From an uncultured Bdellovibrio sp. (GTDB lineage Bacteria; Bdellovibrionota; Bdellovibrionia; Bdellovibrionales; Bdellovibrionaceae): a DNA stretch of 61,481 nucleotides. The position numbers were made by a program, and so were the translations under genes. The notes below the pieces were generated by a model. It was not told the origin of the DNA. It searched no databases and saw only the letters and a program-made list of their open reading frames with translations. The DNA lies in assembly GCA_963932905.1 (NCBI GenBank), contig CAWVRN010000030.1, forward strand, positions 1 through 61,481, given 5' to 3'. Positions 9,317-18,745 of the stretch are shown in pieces; position 1 is the stretch's first letter, and each line of letters starts with the position of its first letter.

Positions 9317-9689
9317 GATCATCCTGTTGCTGCTTCATCCATCCACCGAGCATTTTACCGACTTCATTTATTAAAAATGAGGCGTGTTCATACGACTTTC
9401 GAGATAAAAACCTCAGTTCAAAGCAAATCCGTATTAAAATACGAATTTTTTCTAAGTTCATATTGGCTCGTCGTAGTACAGTGCCTTTATTTCGGCTGTA
9501 TCTTGCTTCAACCAGATCTTCAACAATCTGCAATGACAGGTTCGTAAGGCGATCAGTGAAATTGAATCGGGCTTTTTTCGGAAAACCGTCTAAAATCACT
9601 AGTAACCACTTTAGAAAATCCATCCACTTGATAAAAATGGGCAGATCTTTTTTTGAATCTGATTGAAGTTCTTTGTGATCATGCTCCAT
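9300..9689 (-). CDS. avd: DGR accessory variability determinant (Avd-like four-helix bundle)
   Basis: FPKKARF...EVGKMLGGW; overlaps the RT start. Confidence 0.9.
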   Translation of the reverse strand: MEHDHKELQSDSKKDLPIFIKWMDFLKWLLVILDGFPKKARFNFTDRLTNLSLQIVEDLVEARYSRNKGTVLRRANMNLEKIRILIRICFELRFLSRKSYEHASFLINEVGKMLGGWMKQQQDDHEKIR

Positions 9690-10188
9690 CTGAATTTGTC
9701 TCAATTGGCTCAGGTTTGGTTTCGATATTTATTTTTGAAATCGACAGAACTTCTTCACCGTATTTTTCAGCTTTACCTTTTCCGATCCCATCAATCTGCG
9801 TAAGCTCCGAAAGTGACTGAGGTCTCTTTTTTACAATCATTGCCAATTGTTGATTCGTAAATAAAATATAGGGCGGCACACCTTCTTTTTTGCACCGCTG
9901 AGATCTCCAATCGCGTAGAATATTAAAAAGGCCCATGTCGGCCTCAGTCAGTAGCTTCTTCCAGTCTTCATCTTGATCGCGTTTTTCTTTTGGCGCATTT
10001 TTCGATTCAATTTCGGCTCGATGAGGAAAGTATCTTAAGATGAAGGTCAGATAGGGGACATCATTTTTTATAAAATGAAAATCTGTGATTGAGATGACTT
10101 CTTTATCTTTTAAAAAATCTCGAACTTCCTGATCATTGAATCCACCGTAAATTGAATCAAAAGCCAACGATATGACTTTGATCAACAT
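9679..10188 (-). CDS. HRDC-domain DGR accessory protein
   Basis: LRDWRSQRCKKEGVPPYILFTNQQL...IDGIGKGKAEKYG; probable start MLIKV after GGAGAGGGG RBS. Confidence 0.88.
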   Translation of the reverse strand: MLIKVISLAFDSIYGGFNDQEVRDFLKDKEVISITDFHFIKNDVPYLTFILRYFPHRAEIESKNAPKEKRDQDEDWKKLLTEADMGLFNILRDWRSQRCKKEGVPPYILFTNQQLAMIVKKRPQSLSELTQIDGIGKGKAEKYGEEVLSISKINIETKPEPIETNSDGA

Positions 10189-10442
10189 TATTTCCCCTCT
10201 CCAAGCATGTTGAATATCGCAAAGGCGATTTTCTATGACCTTGAAGTGTGTTAGCACTCCGATGTTTTTCTATAAACTAATATTTTACTCTACAAAGAAC
10301 AGTCGAGCCGAGTTCTTCTAAGCTTGGACGAAACAACCGATTGATTCGGTTAACCAATTTTATAACTTAATTGAATTATAAAAATATTTCTATTTGCGCA
10401 CAGCAAAATAGGTGGAAAAAATTAAAAATTTTGGCTTACGCC

Positions 10443-10537
10443 AAATGGATTTGAACACTACAGCCGCGCTTTCAGCGGGCCTTCGTTCTCAAATCCATTT
10501 GTCTTCAGCCTTTCAAGGGTAAAAGAGTAAAAAGGCT
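10443..10537 (-). other. Hairpins downstream of VR (candidate DGR target-recognition elements)
   Basis: 12-bp IR AAATGGATTTGA/TCAAATCCATTT (10443-10500) enclosing CGCT-GAA-AGCG; 7-bp IR AGCCTTT/AAAGGCT (10507-10537). Confidence 0.65.
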
Positions 10538-10542
10538 AAGAG

Positions 10543-13500
10543 CTACGGGCTAGCCCTCACGAGGCGGAACCCCACATTGTAGTAGCGAATACCAGGCGAG
10601 CCGTTGTTCCGAGAACCCGAACGCAAGAACTGCGCACTGCTGCCCCAACCACCGCCACGGATGACGCGGCGAGAGCCCGTTGCAGGGCCCTGTGGATCTA
10701 TACCACCAGGAAGATTACTACCATACCAATCAGCGAGCCATTCCCAAACATTGCCGTGAATATCATAGATAGGCTTGCCGTTGATCATGATTGGCTTTTT
10801 AAGTCCCACAGGATGAGTTTTTGATCCAGCGTTGCCACTGTACCATGCGTAGTCTCCTAAATTTTTATCCGTGTTACCATGAGCGTAGTCTCCAGTTGAA
10901 AGACCTCTCATTCGGGCCACATACTCCCATTCGGCTTCAGTAGGCATTCTGTAGTCGTCATCTTTTTTATGCCCTGGGAATATCTCCGCCATTGCCTTTT
11001 GAACCTGTGGATCATTAAGCTTTGAAAGCTCATTTACAGCCATATTCCAACTACCAATATCTGTATGGGATACTTGCTCAACTGGATTCATATCGCCCTT
11101 AAAGTTGGACGGGTCAGCTGTTAAACTACTGTATTTCCCTTTTAGGTGAACGCTTGCAAGGTTAACAATATCTTTCCACATTTTTTGCGTGGTCTGAGTA
11201 GACATCATTTCAAATGGTTTCGTTATTGTGACAGACACTTTTTCAGCATCGCCCATTCTAAACTTGCCACCTGGTACTTTAACAAAGTCCACAATGGGCG
11301 TTCCATTCGGATAAAGAGCTGTCTTGATCTGGGCATTTCGCTCTTTTACTTCAAATTTTCTTGATTTTGATTCAAGTCTTATTTTTTCAATGAAATCTGC
11401 AATTTCATTTTTACCCAGAAGTCTTGCGTGGTCGACATCCGTAAACCCTAGATCGTCTTTATAATTTAGATCAAGCTTAGGGTTTACTACTAGCCATTCA
11501 ACAACAGTCTTTTGGTCCATGTGGATAGCTCTATGAAGAGTTGAAAACCCACCTTCATCTCTGGTGTTGATGTCAAATAACTTCAAAGCAACAAAAGCCT
11601 CAAGGGTTTTGATATCGCTCTTGGATACGGCATCGGACCATTTATCCGTTAAGCTATCAGCAAACTTCTTTCTTCGCTTGTCCGACGATTTTGACCACTG
11701 CCTGATTTCAGATGAAACTTGAGTTCTTTCAGTCTCGTCGAAGTTTTTAAAATCAAGACTTAACTCGTTTTGATTTTGTTCAGCTTTAATTAATAAAGCT
11801 TCGAATGCAGCAGCTTTGCGGATATTAAATGGAAGATCTTGTCTTTCGAGAATTTTTCCTAAATCCTTTTCAAATTCTTTCACTGAAAAAAGACCCAGTT
11901 TTTCTAGCTGTGACACAACTTGACCGCTAGACACATATTTTAAAACATCACTCGGGTCTTGAGAGTTTTTTAGGTTTAGCAAATCCTGAATGAGTTTATT
12001 TTTGTCTAGATCTTTATTTGCTACGAAGTTTTTATACTCGCGGCCTGGTCTGATTTCAGTATCCGCATCGACCGCTGTGGGCTCGTAAATCTTCACGGTC
12101 AATTTGTTATAAGCTCTCGAATAAGTATTCTTAAAATCATACTGATTTGGATGTGGAGCAAATGTTGTAAGCTTTTGAGAAAGTTTCGGAACGATCTCAT
12201 TTGCAACGAAATGCCTTGTTGTATCCATGTTGGACATCCCATTATGATCGCCGACATCTTCGGGAACACCCAATTTATAGCCTCTATCAGCAAGGCTCAT
12301 TGATACAGCTTGAAGAAAACTTGGAATTTGCTGATTTGGCACATTTTGAAGCTTATCAATAAAAGCAACTTTTTCAATTTGACCCGTTGTCGGGTTCTGG
12401 GCTTCGCCCAGAACAACTGTAATGTGTCCACTTGAATTAAAGTTGCTGTCAGTCATTGTGAAATAATTGTAATTGGGATCAAGGGCTTTTGAAAAGTAGG
12501 TTCTTGTTGAACAGTCAGATCCGCCTAAACACGAACGAAAGGGCGCTTCTTGAATCGAAAGACTTCTCACTCTAATTGTTTCGGTGGGCTTTGTCGTATA
12601 TCGCCCAACCAAGACCTCTTGTTCGAGCCTTTGAATATTTTGGTTCGGATTTTCATTCTTTGACAAGCCTGTTGGGAAATCAATTCTTAAACTCGCTTGG
12701 AGTTCCTGAAAGTGACCCGCAAACCCGATATCCATTGCGACGGCGTCTCGTTCATCTAAAACTTTTTTGAGCCCTTCGATTCGATCTAGAGCGTTTTTAC
12801 TTTTCAATAAGACTTGTGTCGCCTGGTTCCCGAAACCGACCGTGTGAATAAGGTCAACCATCGCTTGCCGGATGGTTTGGGTATTGCGGCCTTTTTTATC
12901 CATCCATTCTTGAATATACTTTAAGCTCGAATAGAGAGCCTTAACTTTCTTTTGATAGTCTTCTTTGTCATTTTTAAGGTCCGTAAGTAAATCGCGGTTA
13001 GCCTTTGAAATCAGACGATTCAAATAACTTTCAAATCTTTTTTTAGCGGCGGAATCAAATGCAGACTTAGCATTTCGGTAAGCTTCTTTGTCTGAAGCCA
13101 GTGAATCTTTACCTAGCTTACTTTGCATTTGTTTTATCGCATCTGGCATCTCAGCATCTTGGTAGTCTAAAACTTTTCTCCAAAATCCAAGATTGGCTTC
13201 AATTTGTAATAAATTATTACGTACTTCGCCAGCCGTCTGAATTTGTGATTTTAAATATTTAGCCAAAGATGCAGGCATCTCATAAACTTTTTCGACCTGG
13301 GAGATCTCGTACTCACGAAAGTGTGGTTTTTGAAGCTCTGGGTGTTTTTTTTGAATATCAGTTACAGACTTCAAAGTCTCGTTATTAACAGAAGTATTCG
13401 GGTCTCCAAAATAAAGTTTTCGATAAACATCAAACAAGTCGGCCTGTCCGGGCTGAAGCAACATCCCTTCAGTCATTGCCTGACCAAAAGATTTTAAATC

Positions 13501-13800
13501 CGAAACTTCATTTGGTTCTAGTTTTTTAGATGTTTTATTCAATTTTGATTGAGCTTGACTCGCTTTATAGAATTCTAAACACTTATTGCCATTTACTAAG
13601 CTACTTTCAACTCGACTAACTGATGGTTCTATTGAAACTCTTGCTTGGGGCTGGGGCGCTAGAGTTGATGTTGCTGTTGGTCTTGTTGTGCCAAATAGAT
13701 TCCTAAAAAAGCCTAAGACGTTGGCTTCGGACTGCGATGGTGAAAACATGGTACTACTTATTAAAATACCTAATACTAATTCTAAAAATCTTGATTTCAT
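10543..13800 (-). CDS. DGR target: exported 1085-aa protein with ankyrin repeats and C-terminal FGE-sulfatase-type C-lectin domain
   Basis: Signal peptide; GFSTLHRAI ankyrin repeat; RMPTEAEWEY, DIHGNVWEW, RVIRGG...VGFRLV; VR at 3' end. Confidence 0.93.
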   Translation of the reverse strand: MKSRFLELVLGILISSTMFSPSQSEANVLGFFRNLFGTTRPTATSTLAPQPQARVSIEPSVSRVESSLVNGNKCLEFYKASQAQSKLNKTSKKLEPNEVSDLKSFGQAMTEGMLLQPGQADLFDVYRKLYFGDPNTSVNNETLKSVTDIQKKHPELQKPHFREYEISQVEKVYEMPASLAKYLKSQIQTAGEVRNNLLQIEANLGFWRKVLDYQDAEMPDAIKQMQSKLGKDSLASDKEAYRNAKSAFDSAAKKRFESYLNRLISKANRDLLTDLKNDKEDYQKKVKALYSSLKYIQEWMDKKGRNTQTIRQAMVDLIHTVGFGNQATQVLLKSKNALDRIEGLKKVLDERDAVAMDIGFAGHFQELQASLRIDFPTGLSKNENPNQNIQRLEQEVLVGRYTTKPTETIRVRSLSIQEAPFRSCLGGSDCSTRTYFSKALDPNYNYFTMTDSNFNSSGHITVVLGEAQNPTTGQIEKVAFIDKLQNVPNQQIPSFLQAVSMSLADRGYKLGVPEDVGDHNGMSNMDTTRHFVANEIVPKLSQKLTTFAPHPNQYDFKNTYSRAYNKLTVKIYEPTAVDADTEIRPGREYKNFVANKDLDKNKLIQDLLNLKNSQDPSDVLKYVSSGQVVSQLEKLGLFSVKEFEKDLGKILERQDLPFNIRKAAAFEALLIKAEQNQNELSLDFKNFDETERTQVSSEIRQWSKSSDKRRKKFADSLTDKWSDAVSKSDIKTLEAFVALKLFDINTRDEGGFSTLHRAIHMDQKTVVEWLVVNPKLDLNYKDDLGFTDVDHARLLGKNEIADFIEKIRLESKSRKFEVKERNAQIKTALYPNGTPIVDFVKVPGGKFRMGDAEKVSVTITKPFEMMSTQTTQKMWKDIVNLASVHLKGKYSSLTADPSNFKGDMNPVEQVSHTDIGSWNMAVNELSKLNDPQVQKAMAEIFPGHKKDDDYRMPTEAEWEYVARMRGLSTGDYAHGNTDKNLGDYAWYSGNAGSKTHPVGLKKPIMINGKPIYDIHGNVWEWLADWYGSNLPGGIDPQGPATGSRRVIRGGGWGSSAQFLRSGSRNNGSPGIRYYNVGFRLVRASP
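10556..10680 (-). repeat. DGR variable repeat (VR)
   Basis: Adenine-specific mutated copy of TR; 11 codons altered. Confidence 0.97.
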
Positions 13801-16800
13801 TGCTTTAACCCTCGGTAAAATAATTCACATCGATTGGCTTTAACTGAACTCATTTTTAATGTTCGATCACGAATGTCATGATTACGTTTTACTTGGCTTG
13901 AAATTTTGTCTTCTTTTTGAAATCGTGTTTTCATAATTTCAAGTTCTGTTCCTGATAGCATTTGTCCTTTATAGTACTTTGTGAGAGTCTCAAATTCTTC
14001 CCCAGTTAAACTTTGCTTTTTCACAAGTTGAGCCGTTAAAAATCTGACAAGCCCTTGGTTGTCATTCAAAAAAATCTTGGCCTTCTCTTGAGCTTCCGTA
14101 ATTTCCTGCATGACGATTTGTTCAAAAAGCTCTTTCTTTTTCTCGCTGCCGACAAGATTTCCATCTTTATCAAGATTTGTTCCCCAGAGTTCAGATTTCA
14201 AACCAGCTTCGACGTAATATTTTCCGATTAGCTTCTTCATTTTCTCAAAATCAGAACCCCATCCAGTATCAGATGTAAACCCTGCAACCTCTTGAGAAAC
14301 TCGGCCCGCAACAATCCGAACAAGAGACTCTTTTAGTTCAACCACACCAGAACTTTGTTTATTAACTGAGTCATAAGCTGCATAGCCTAAATATTTTTGA
14401 CCGTCGCCCGCAGAGCCTGACTTAATTGTAACAAAACGAAGCTTTTGACCTGAAACTTCAGGCCTGTTTAAAATTGCATGTCCAATTTCGTGAAATGACA
14501 CCTTAATAAGTTCTTTGGGATTTGGTCTTGTCACATCTTCTTGTTTTTCAAGAAGATCATTCGTAAGCCGTGCTAAAACAACCCCAGCATTGGCTTTGTC
14601 GTGAACAAGAACCTCGACATAAAACTCTTCTTTTAAATTTTTGATAGCGTAATGCTTCTTGGCTCTTAGATCGGTTAACTTTATTTCAACTGATCTTGAA
14701 GACGCATTATCTTCTGTTGTGCCGCTTTCTAAAATAGCTGACGTAATAAGTCCTTGAATTTCACTTTCAAACTTATTTCTTAAAGACCGTCCGCCTTGAT
14801 CGTGGTTAAAGAAAACTTCAGTCGTCGTTTTTAAAACCTGATCTGGCAATAAAACTTCGAGGCCTGGGAATTGTTTTTTCAAATTCTTAAATCCGCCCTC
14901 TAGAGTTTTTCTTGCAATTTGCATCTTTGATTTATCTAAAAGGGGCTTTGTGTGAACAACGAGTTGAGCGCGGCCCAAGATAGCCTCTGGAAATCCACGA
15001 CGGCGAAGTTCACTTCTTACATTGGCTTCAGATTTGACTTTGTTGTAAATCGCTTCACGCATATCATCACCTGATACGCCAAAATAAAGATCTTGCAAAT
15101 CGTTTCCAGTCATCCAAATGACGATTTTAGATAGATCATATTTGCGACCTGTATTTGGTGAAACCCAAAAGCCTTCTTCCATAATATTGTAAAACTTGTA
15201 AAGAATCTGTTCTCGCTCTTGTGGGTTCTTGCCACCAGCATTTGAGATTTCATCTAAAATAAGAATACCGCCGTCTTTGATTTGAAGAAGTGCCTTTTCA
15301 AAAAGACCCATTTGATCTGATTTCACATACTGCGGATTAGCTCCGAAAATCTTAGTCAAATCTTCCTGACGAGAAATATCACCCATTGCGATAATCTGTG
15401 CCTTAGAGCTTGAGCCATAAAGCTCTTTTGCAAGCACCTTCGGAGTTTCAGTTTTTCCGGTTCCAGTTGAACCAACGGCTACAACCGTCATTGGCTTTCC
15501 GGTCGGGATGACTTTCCAATTTCTGATAGCGTTGATGGATTTAGTAACCATCTCTTCTTGTCCGAAAATTTCTTGGTTCACTCTTGATTCAAGCGTTTTT
15601 AAATCCTTCATATCTTCAGCGGAAAGGCTTTGGCCGTTACCTTTGAAGCTGTGATTCTGAAGCTCTACAGTCTTAGTCGGTGTCTGAACCGAAAAGGCCC
15701 AGTTTCTTTTGGCTCCGTTTTTAACAAGACCTACTTTGATTTCCTTTTCAGACGCAACTTGAGTGATTTCTCCAAAAAATCGCTCAACCGCGCGCGATAA
15801 GTCTCTCACTCCATCTTCTTTATTGTAGGTTTGCTCAGTAATATATTTAATGGCTTCATCAGATATCGAAATATTGATTCCATTTCGCTCTTTAAATGTT
15901 TTTTCACGTTTTGAAATTTCAAGTTTTGCTACTTTTATTGTCGTTTCTAAACTCAGCGGGTTTGCGACAAGGTATGTCCCGATTCGATTAACGATCTCAC
16001 GGGGCAGTTTGTAATTGCTGTCGGCTTCCGTTGGCTGCGTAAATAAATCTTTTAAGTCTTTTTGTGAAAATGAATCCACTCGTCTTTTGACTTCCTCATC
16101 GGACCAATTCGCATAGCCCTCTGGGAAAATTTGGTTTACACCGTGATTTGTAGTAGCCACGATTAAAAGGTTTGGAACTTTTACTCTTTTGCCATTTCCT
16201 TGAGTCACTTCGCCATTATCAAATAGATTCATCGCCAGTTCTTTAAGAGTTTCAGGGTGCATTTTTTCGATTTCATCAATCAATAAAACGCCACCGTATC
16301 GGCCTTTACCTGGGTTTTTCATAAATTCAATAAGGCTTCCAACTGTGTCCTTAAACCCATGTGTGCCCGGCCTTGGCCCGAGTAAACCCGTTAACGATGT
16401 GCTTCTGTCAGAAAAAGCAGCACCATCAATTTTGAAAAATCTGTGCTTCCCGCCGAATAAAACTTCAGCCATACTTTCAGCTAAATAGGTTTTCCCAACG
16501 CCCGTTGGGCCCATGAGCGCGACAACTTGTGGTTTGTCTCCAGATGACAGTAAAAGATTTCTGTAAAGGGACAATGTTGTATCAACCATTTTATCTTGTC
16601 CCAGGATTGAAGATTTTAATTCATCTTTCCGTGCTTCGACAAATTGATTGATCTCACTTAAATTCTGCGGATCTGCTGGAATCTTAGTTCTTCGCTTAAC
16701 AAAAGAGAAAAAATCTGATGCTGAAACACTCTTTTGATTTCTTTCGTGAGCTTCAATAGCTAAATCAACCATGACCTTGATCGGTCCATCAGGGCGAGCC

Positions 16801-17627
16801 ACATCGGGCAAAACTTTTTTGTAGTGCTTGACGATCTTCTCAACAATCTCGTCGTCTAGCTTTACGTCGTATCTTTTTTCAACAACTTCGCGCCAAGAAA
16901 GCTTGATGATTTCAATCGTTCGACTTTCAGTGAATTCAGCTACGCCAATCGGCGCAAAGCGCCTCATCATGGCTTCGTCAGAACCAAAGGCAAGCTGAAA
17001 TTCGCGCTCTGTCGTTGCACCAATCAAACGAATTCCATTTTCGTTGGCTGCATCCATCGAGGTTTTAAGAACATTCCACATATCGCTATCAACACTATGG
17101 ATTTCATCTATAAAAAGGATGACGGGCTTTTTTAGCTGCGCTTCAAGCTGTTTGACTGTTTCAACCAAAACTAAAGCCGCATCTTCGGGTTTCTTTCCAA
17201 GTCCCTTAATGCTGGCAGCCTCAAGTTGTATGATCTCAGCCGTTGCAATCTCTTGGCTAAAAACTTTTCCTGTTGGGATTTGGCCCTGAGCTATCATCTG
17301 TGCTATTTTTTCAACGACCGCCGTTTTTCCAACTCCGGCTTCCCCTAAAAGAACAGGGTTTTTACCTTTAATTCGGATCAGAGTATTTATGGCTTGCTGC
17401 GCCTCTTCAGTTCGATCAGCAATTGGTTGAAATTGTCCAGCCGCCAATTTCTTTCGAACATCATCAGTAAGTAGGCGTGGATTAAGGGAAAGAATTAACT
17501 TCCCAGGTTGTGATTGAGTAAGGGTCTCTCGAAGTTGAGCTTGCGCGAAGCTGCCAACGCTTAAAATCAAAATGGTGACCAACGCGTTAATCAGGTGTCT
17601 AAAGTTTTGACAAAGACTCATATCCAT
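13797..17627 (-). CDS. Exported Clp-like protein with three AAA+ modules and a C-terminal M41 (FtsH-like) metallopeptidase
   Basis: Signal peptide ending SFAQA; Walker A GEAGVGKT, GPTGVGKT, GSTGTGKT; Walker B FIDE, LIDE, ILDE; HEIGH, AGRVSQE, GWGSD; start uncertain (17621-17669). Confidence 0.85.
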   Translation of the reverse strand: MDMSLCQNFRHLINALVTILILSVGSFAQAQLRETLTQSQPGKLILSLNPRLLTDDVRKKLAAGQFQPIADRTEEAQQAINTLIRIKGKNPVLLGEAGVGKTAVVEKIAQMIAQGQIPTGKVFSQEIATAEIIQLEAASIKGLGKKPEDAALVLVETVKQLEAQLKKPVILFIDEIHSVDSDMWNVLKTSMDAANENGIRLIGATTEREFQLAFGSDEAMMRRFAPIGVAEFTESRTIEIIKLSWREVVEKRYDVKLDDEIVEKIVKHYKKVLPDVARPDGPIKVMVDLAIEAHERNQKSVSASDFFSFVKRRTKIPADPQNLSEINQFVEARKDELKSSILGQDKMVDTTLSLYRNLLLSSGDKPQVVALMGPTGVGKTYLAESMAEVLFGGKHRFFKIDGAAFSDRSTSLTGLLGPRPGTHGFKDTVGSLIEFMKNPGKGRYGGVLLIDEIEKMHPETLKELAMNLFDNGEVTQGNGKRVKVPNLLIVATTNHGVNQIFPEGYANWSDEEVKRRVDSFSQKDLKDLFTQPTEADSNYKLPREIVNRIGTYLVANPLSLETTIKVAKLEISKREKTFKERNGINISISDEAIKYITEQTYNKEDGVRDLSRAVERFFGEITQVASEKEIKVGLVKNGAKRNWAFSVQTPTKTVELQNHSFKGNGQSLSAEDMKDLKTLESRVNQEIFGQEEMVTKSINAIRNWKVIPTGKPMTVVAVGSTGTGKTETPKVLAKELYGSSSKAQIIAMGDISRQEDLTKIFGANPQYVKSDQMGLFEKALLQIKDGGILILDEISNAGGKNPQEREQILYKFYNIMEEGFWVSPNTGRKYDLSKIVIWMTGNDLQDLYFGVSGDDMREAIYNKVKSEANVRSELRRRGFPEAILGRAQLVVHTKPLLDKSKMQIARKTLEGGFKNLKKQFPGLEVLLPDQVLKTTTEVFFNHDQGGRSLRNKFESEIQGLITSAILESGTTEDNASSRSVEIKLTDLRAKKHYAIKNLKEEFYVEVLVHDKANAGVVLARLTNDLLEKQEDVTRPNPKELIKVSFHEIGHAILNRPEVSGQKLRFVTIKSGSAGDGQKYLGYAAYDSVNKQSSGVVELKESLVRIVAGRVSQEVAGFTSDTGWGSDFEKMKKLIGKYYVEAGLKSELWGTNLDKDGNLVGSEKKKELFEQIVMQEITEAQEKAKIFLNDNQGLVRFLTAQLVKKQSLTGEEFETLTKYYKGQMLSGTELEIMKTRFQKEDKISSQVKRNHDIRDRTLKMSSVKANRCELFYRGLKQ

Positions 17628-17742
17628 TCCCTTCTGTAGAGCCCTCTGAGTGATTGTTTTATCAAGCACGACGACTCATATATGAGGAATACAAGTATTA
17701 TGCCGTTTGACGATATTTAATTTGCCAATCGTTTCATTATGT

Positions 17743-17771
17743 TATCTAAAGTTTTTCAAATTGAGACGCTT
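17743..17771. promoter_or_regulatory. 29-bp repeat copy 1 containing a TCTCA-N3-TGAGA-like palindrome
   Basis: 27/29 identical to 18717-18745. Confidence 0.6.
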
Positions 17772-17800
17772 CAGGATGCCTTGATTTTCCAAACACAGAA

Positions 17801-18643
17801 TTATCGACTTTGCCAACGATATACGGCTTTTTGAAATTGCCACACCTTTGCTCTGATGTAGTCGGGGATTCCGTAGTCATATTGCGAGTCTCTAATTTCT
17901 ACTATAGGTATATTTCTTTGTAAGGCTACTGCGCGTATGTCCTGAAGAACTTCATCAGAAATTATCTTCTTACCTAATATTGATCCTTTATATGGGTCAA
18001 TAGCAGCGTTGCCTTTCGAATTCACTTTAATAAAAATTGCTGCAATTTCAACCTGTCCAAATGAGGTTGATCCAAGAACTGCTATTTCATTACACAGTAC
18101 ACTCGTAGGCGTTTCTTCCAATATTTTCTCTGGCGATGCAATTCCAAACATTTGACTCCATTTTGATATTACTTCCGAAATCTTTGAATTTTTTAAAAAA
18201 CCAAAATTTCCTAAGTTTGGAATTCCCATATCCCGAGGAGACGTAGCCACTATGTTCTGATGTGGCGCTTTTAAAATGAATCCATACCATCCAAAAGTTG
18301 CGCGATGATCTTGATCAATAAGACTGGTACTCAAGAGACGCTCTTTTAGCACATCCGGATTTTTCAATACGCTTTGTGCTGTTGGCTTTCCATCAAATAC
18401 ACCGTGAACGACGTACCTAAATTGACTATCTCTATGAATTGCCGGATCAGTAAAGTTTCCTGACGACCACCGTTCCTGATTTACATCGAATTGTGGATCA
18501 ATCCATTCTTTTGGATTAATTTTAGTGTCTCGATTTGATACCGGCGTAGTTTCGATTGACAGCCGATAAAACTGTGAACACTCACTTGTCGCGTAGGCGA
18601 AGTAATGGCAACTAAATAACAAGCAAAATAGAATTAATCTCAT
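17801..18643 (-). CDS. Exported hypothetical protein, possibly ADP-ribosyltransferase-like fold
   Basis: Signal peptide ending AYA; YVVHG, LSTSLI and NEIAV motifs. Confidence 0.6.
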   Translation of the reverse strand: MRLILFCLLFSCHYFAYATSECSQFYRLSIETTPVSNRDTKINPKEWIDPQFDVNQERWSSGNFTDPAIHRDSQFRYVVHGVFDGKPTAQSVLKNPDVLKERLLSTSLIDQDHRATFGWYGFILKAPHQNIVATSPRDMGIPNLGNFGFLKNSKISEVISKWSQMFGIASPEKILEETPTSVLCNEIAVLGSTSFGQVEIAAIFIKVNSKGNAAIDPYKGSILGKKIISDEVLQDIRAVALQRNIPIVEIRDSQYDYGIPDYIRAKVWQFQKAVYRWQSR

Positions 18644-18716
18644 GCAAAAATAAAGATGCAATACAAGCACCTACGACGACCGGACTGATGACATATGCAG
18701 GTAAACTGATTCCTAC

Positions 18717-18745
18717 TATCTAAAATTTCTCAAATTGAGACGCTT
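18717..18745. promoter_or_regulatory. 29-bp repeat copy 2
   Basis: TATCTAAAATTTCTCAAATTGAGACGCTT. Confidence 0.6.

Noticed and set aside
8303..9322. RT as a group II intron, retron or CRISPR-associated RT
   Set aside because: Short RT without maturase or endonuclease extension, flanked by avd and a TR/VR pair; no CRISPR array seen in the window
10250..10276. CIRCE element (TTAGCACTC)
   Set aside because: Only the left half is present; no GAGTGCTAA after 9 nt
13797..17669. Housekeeping clpB/clpA or T6SS clpV
   Set aside because: No Clp N-domain, has a signal peptide, a third AAA module and a peptidase domain; no T6SS genes nearby
17688..18673. sigma54 promoters for the AAA-protease and ART-like genes
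   Set aside because: One has GT instead of GC at -12 and the other sits almost on the start codon; too weak to call
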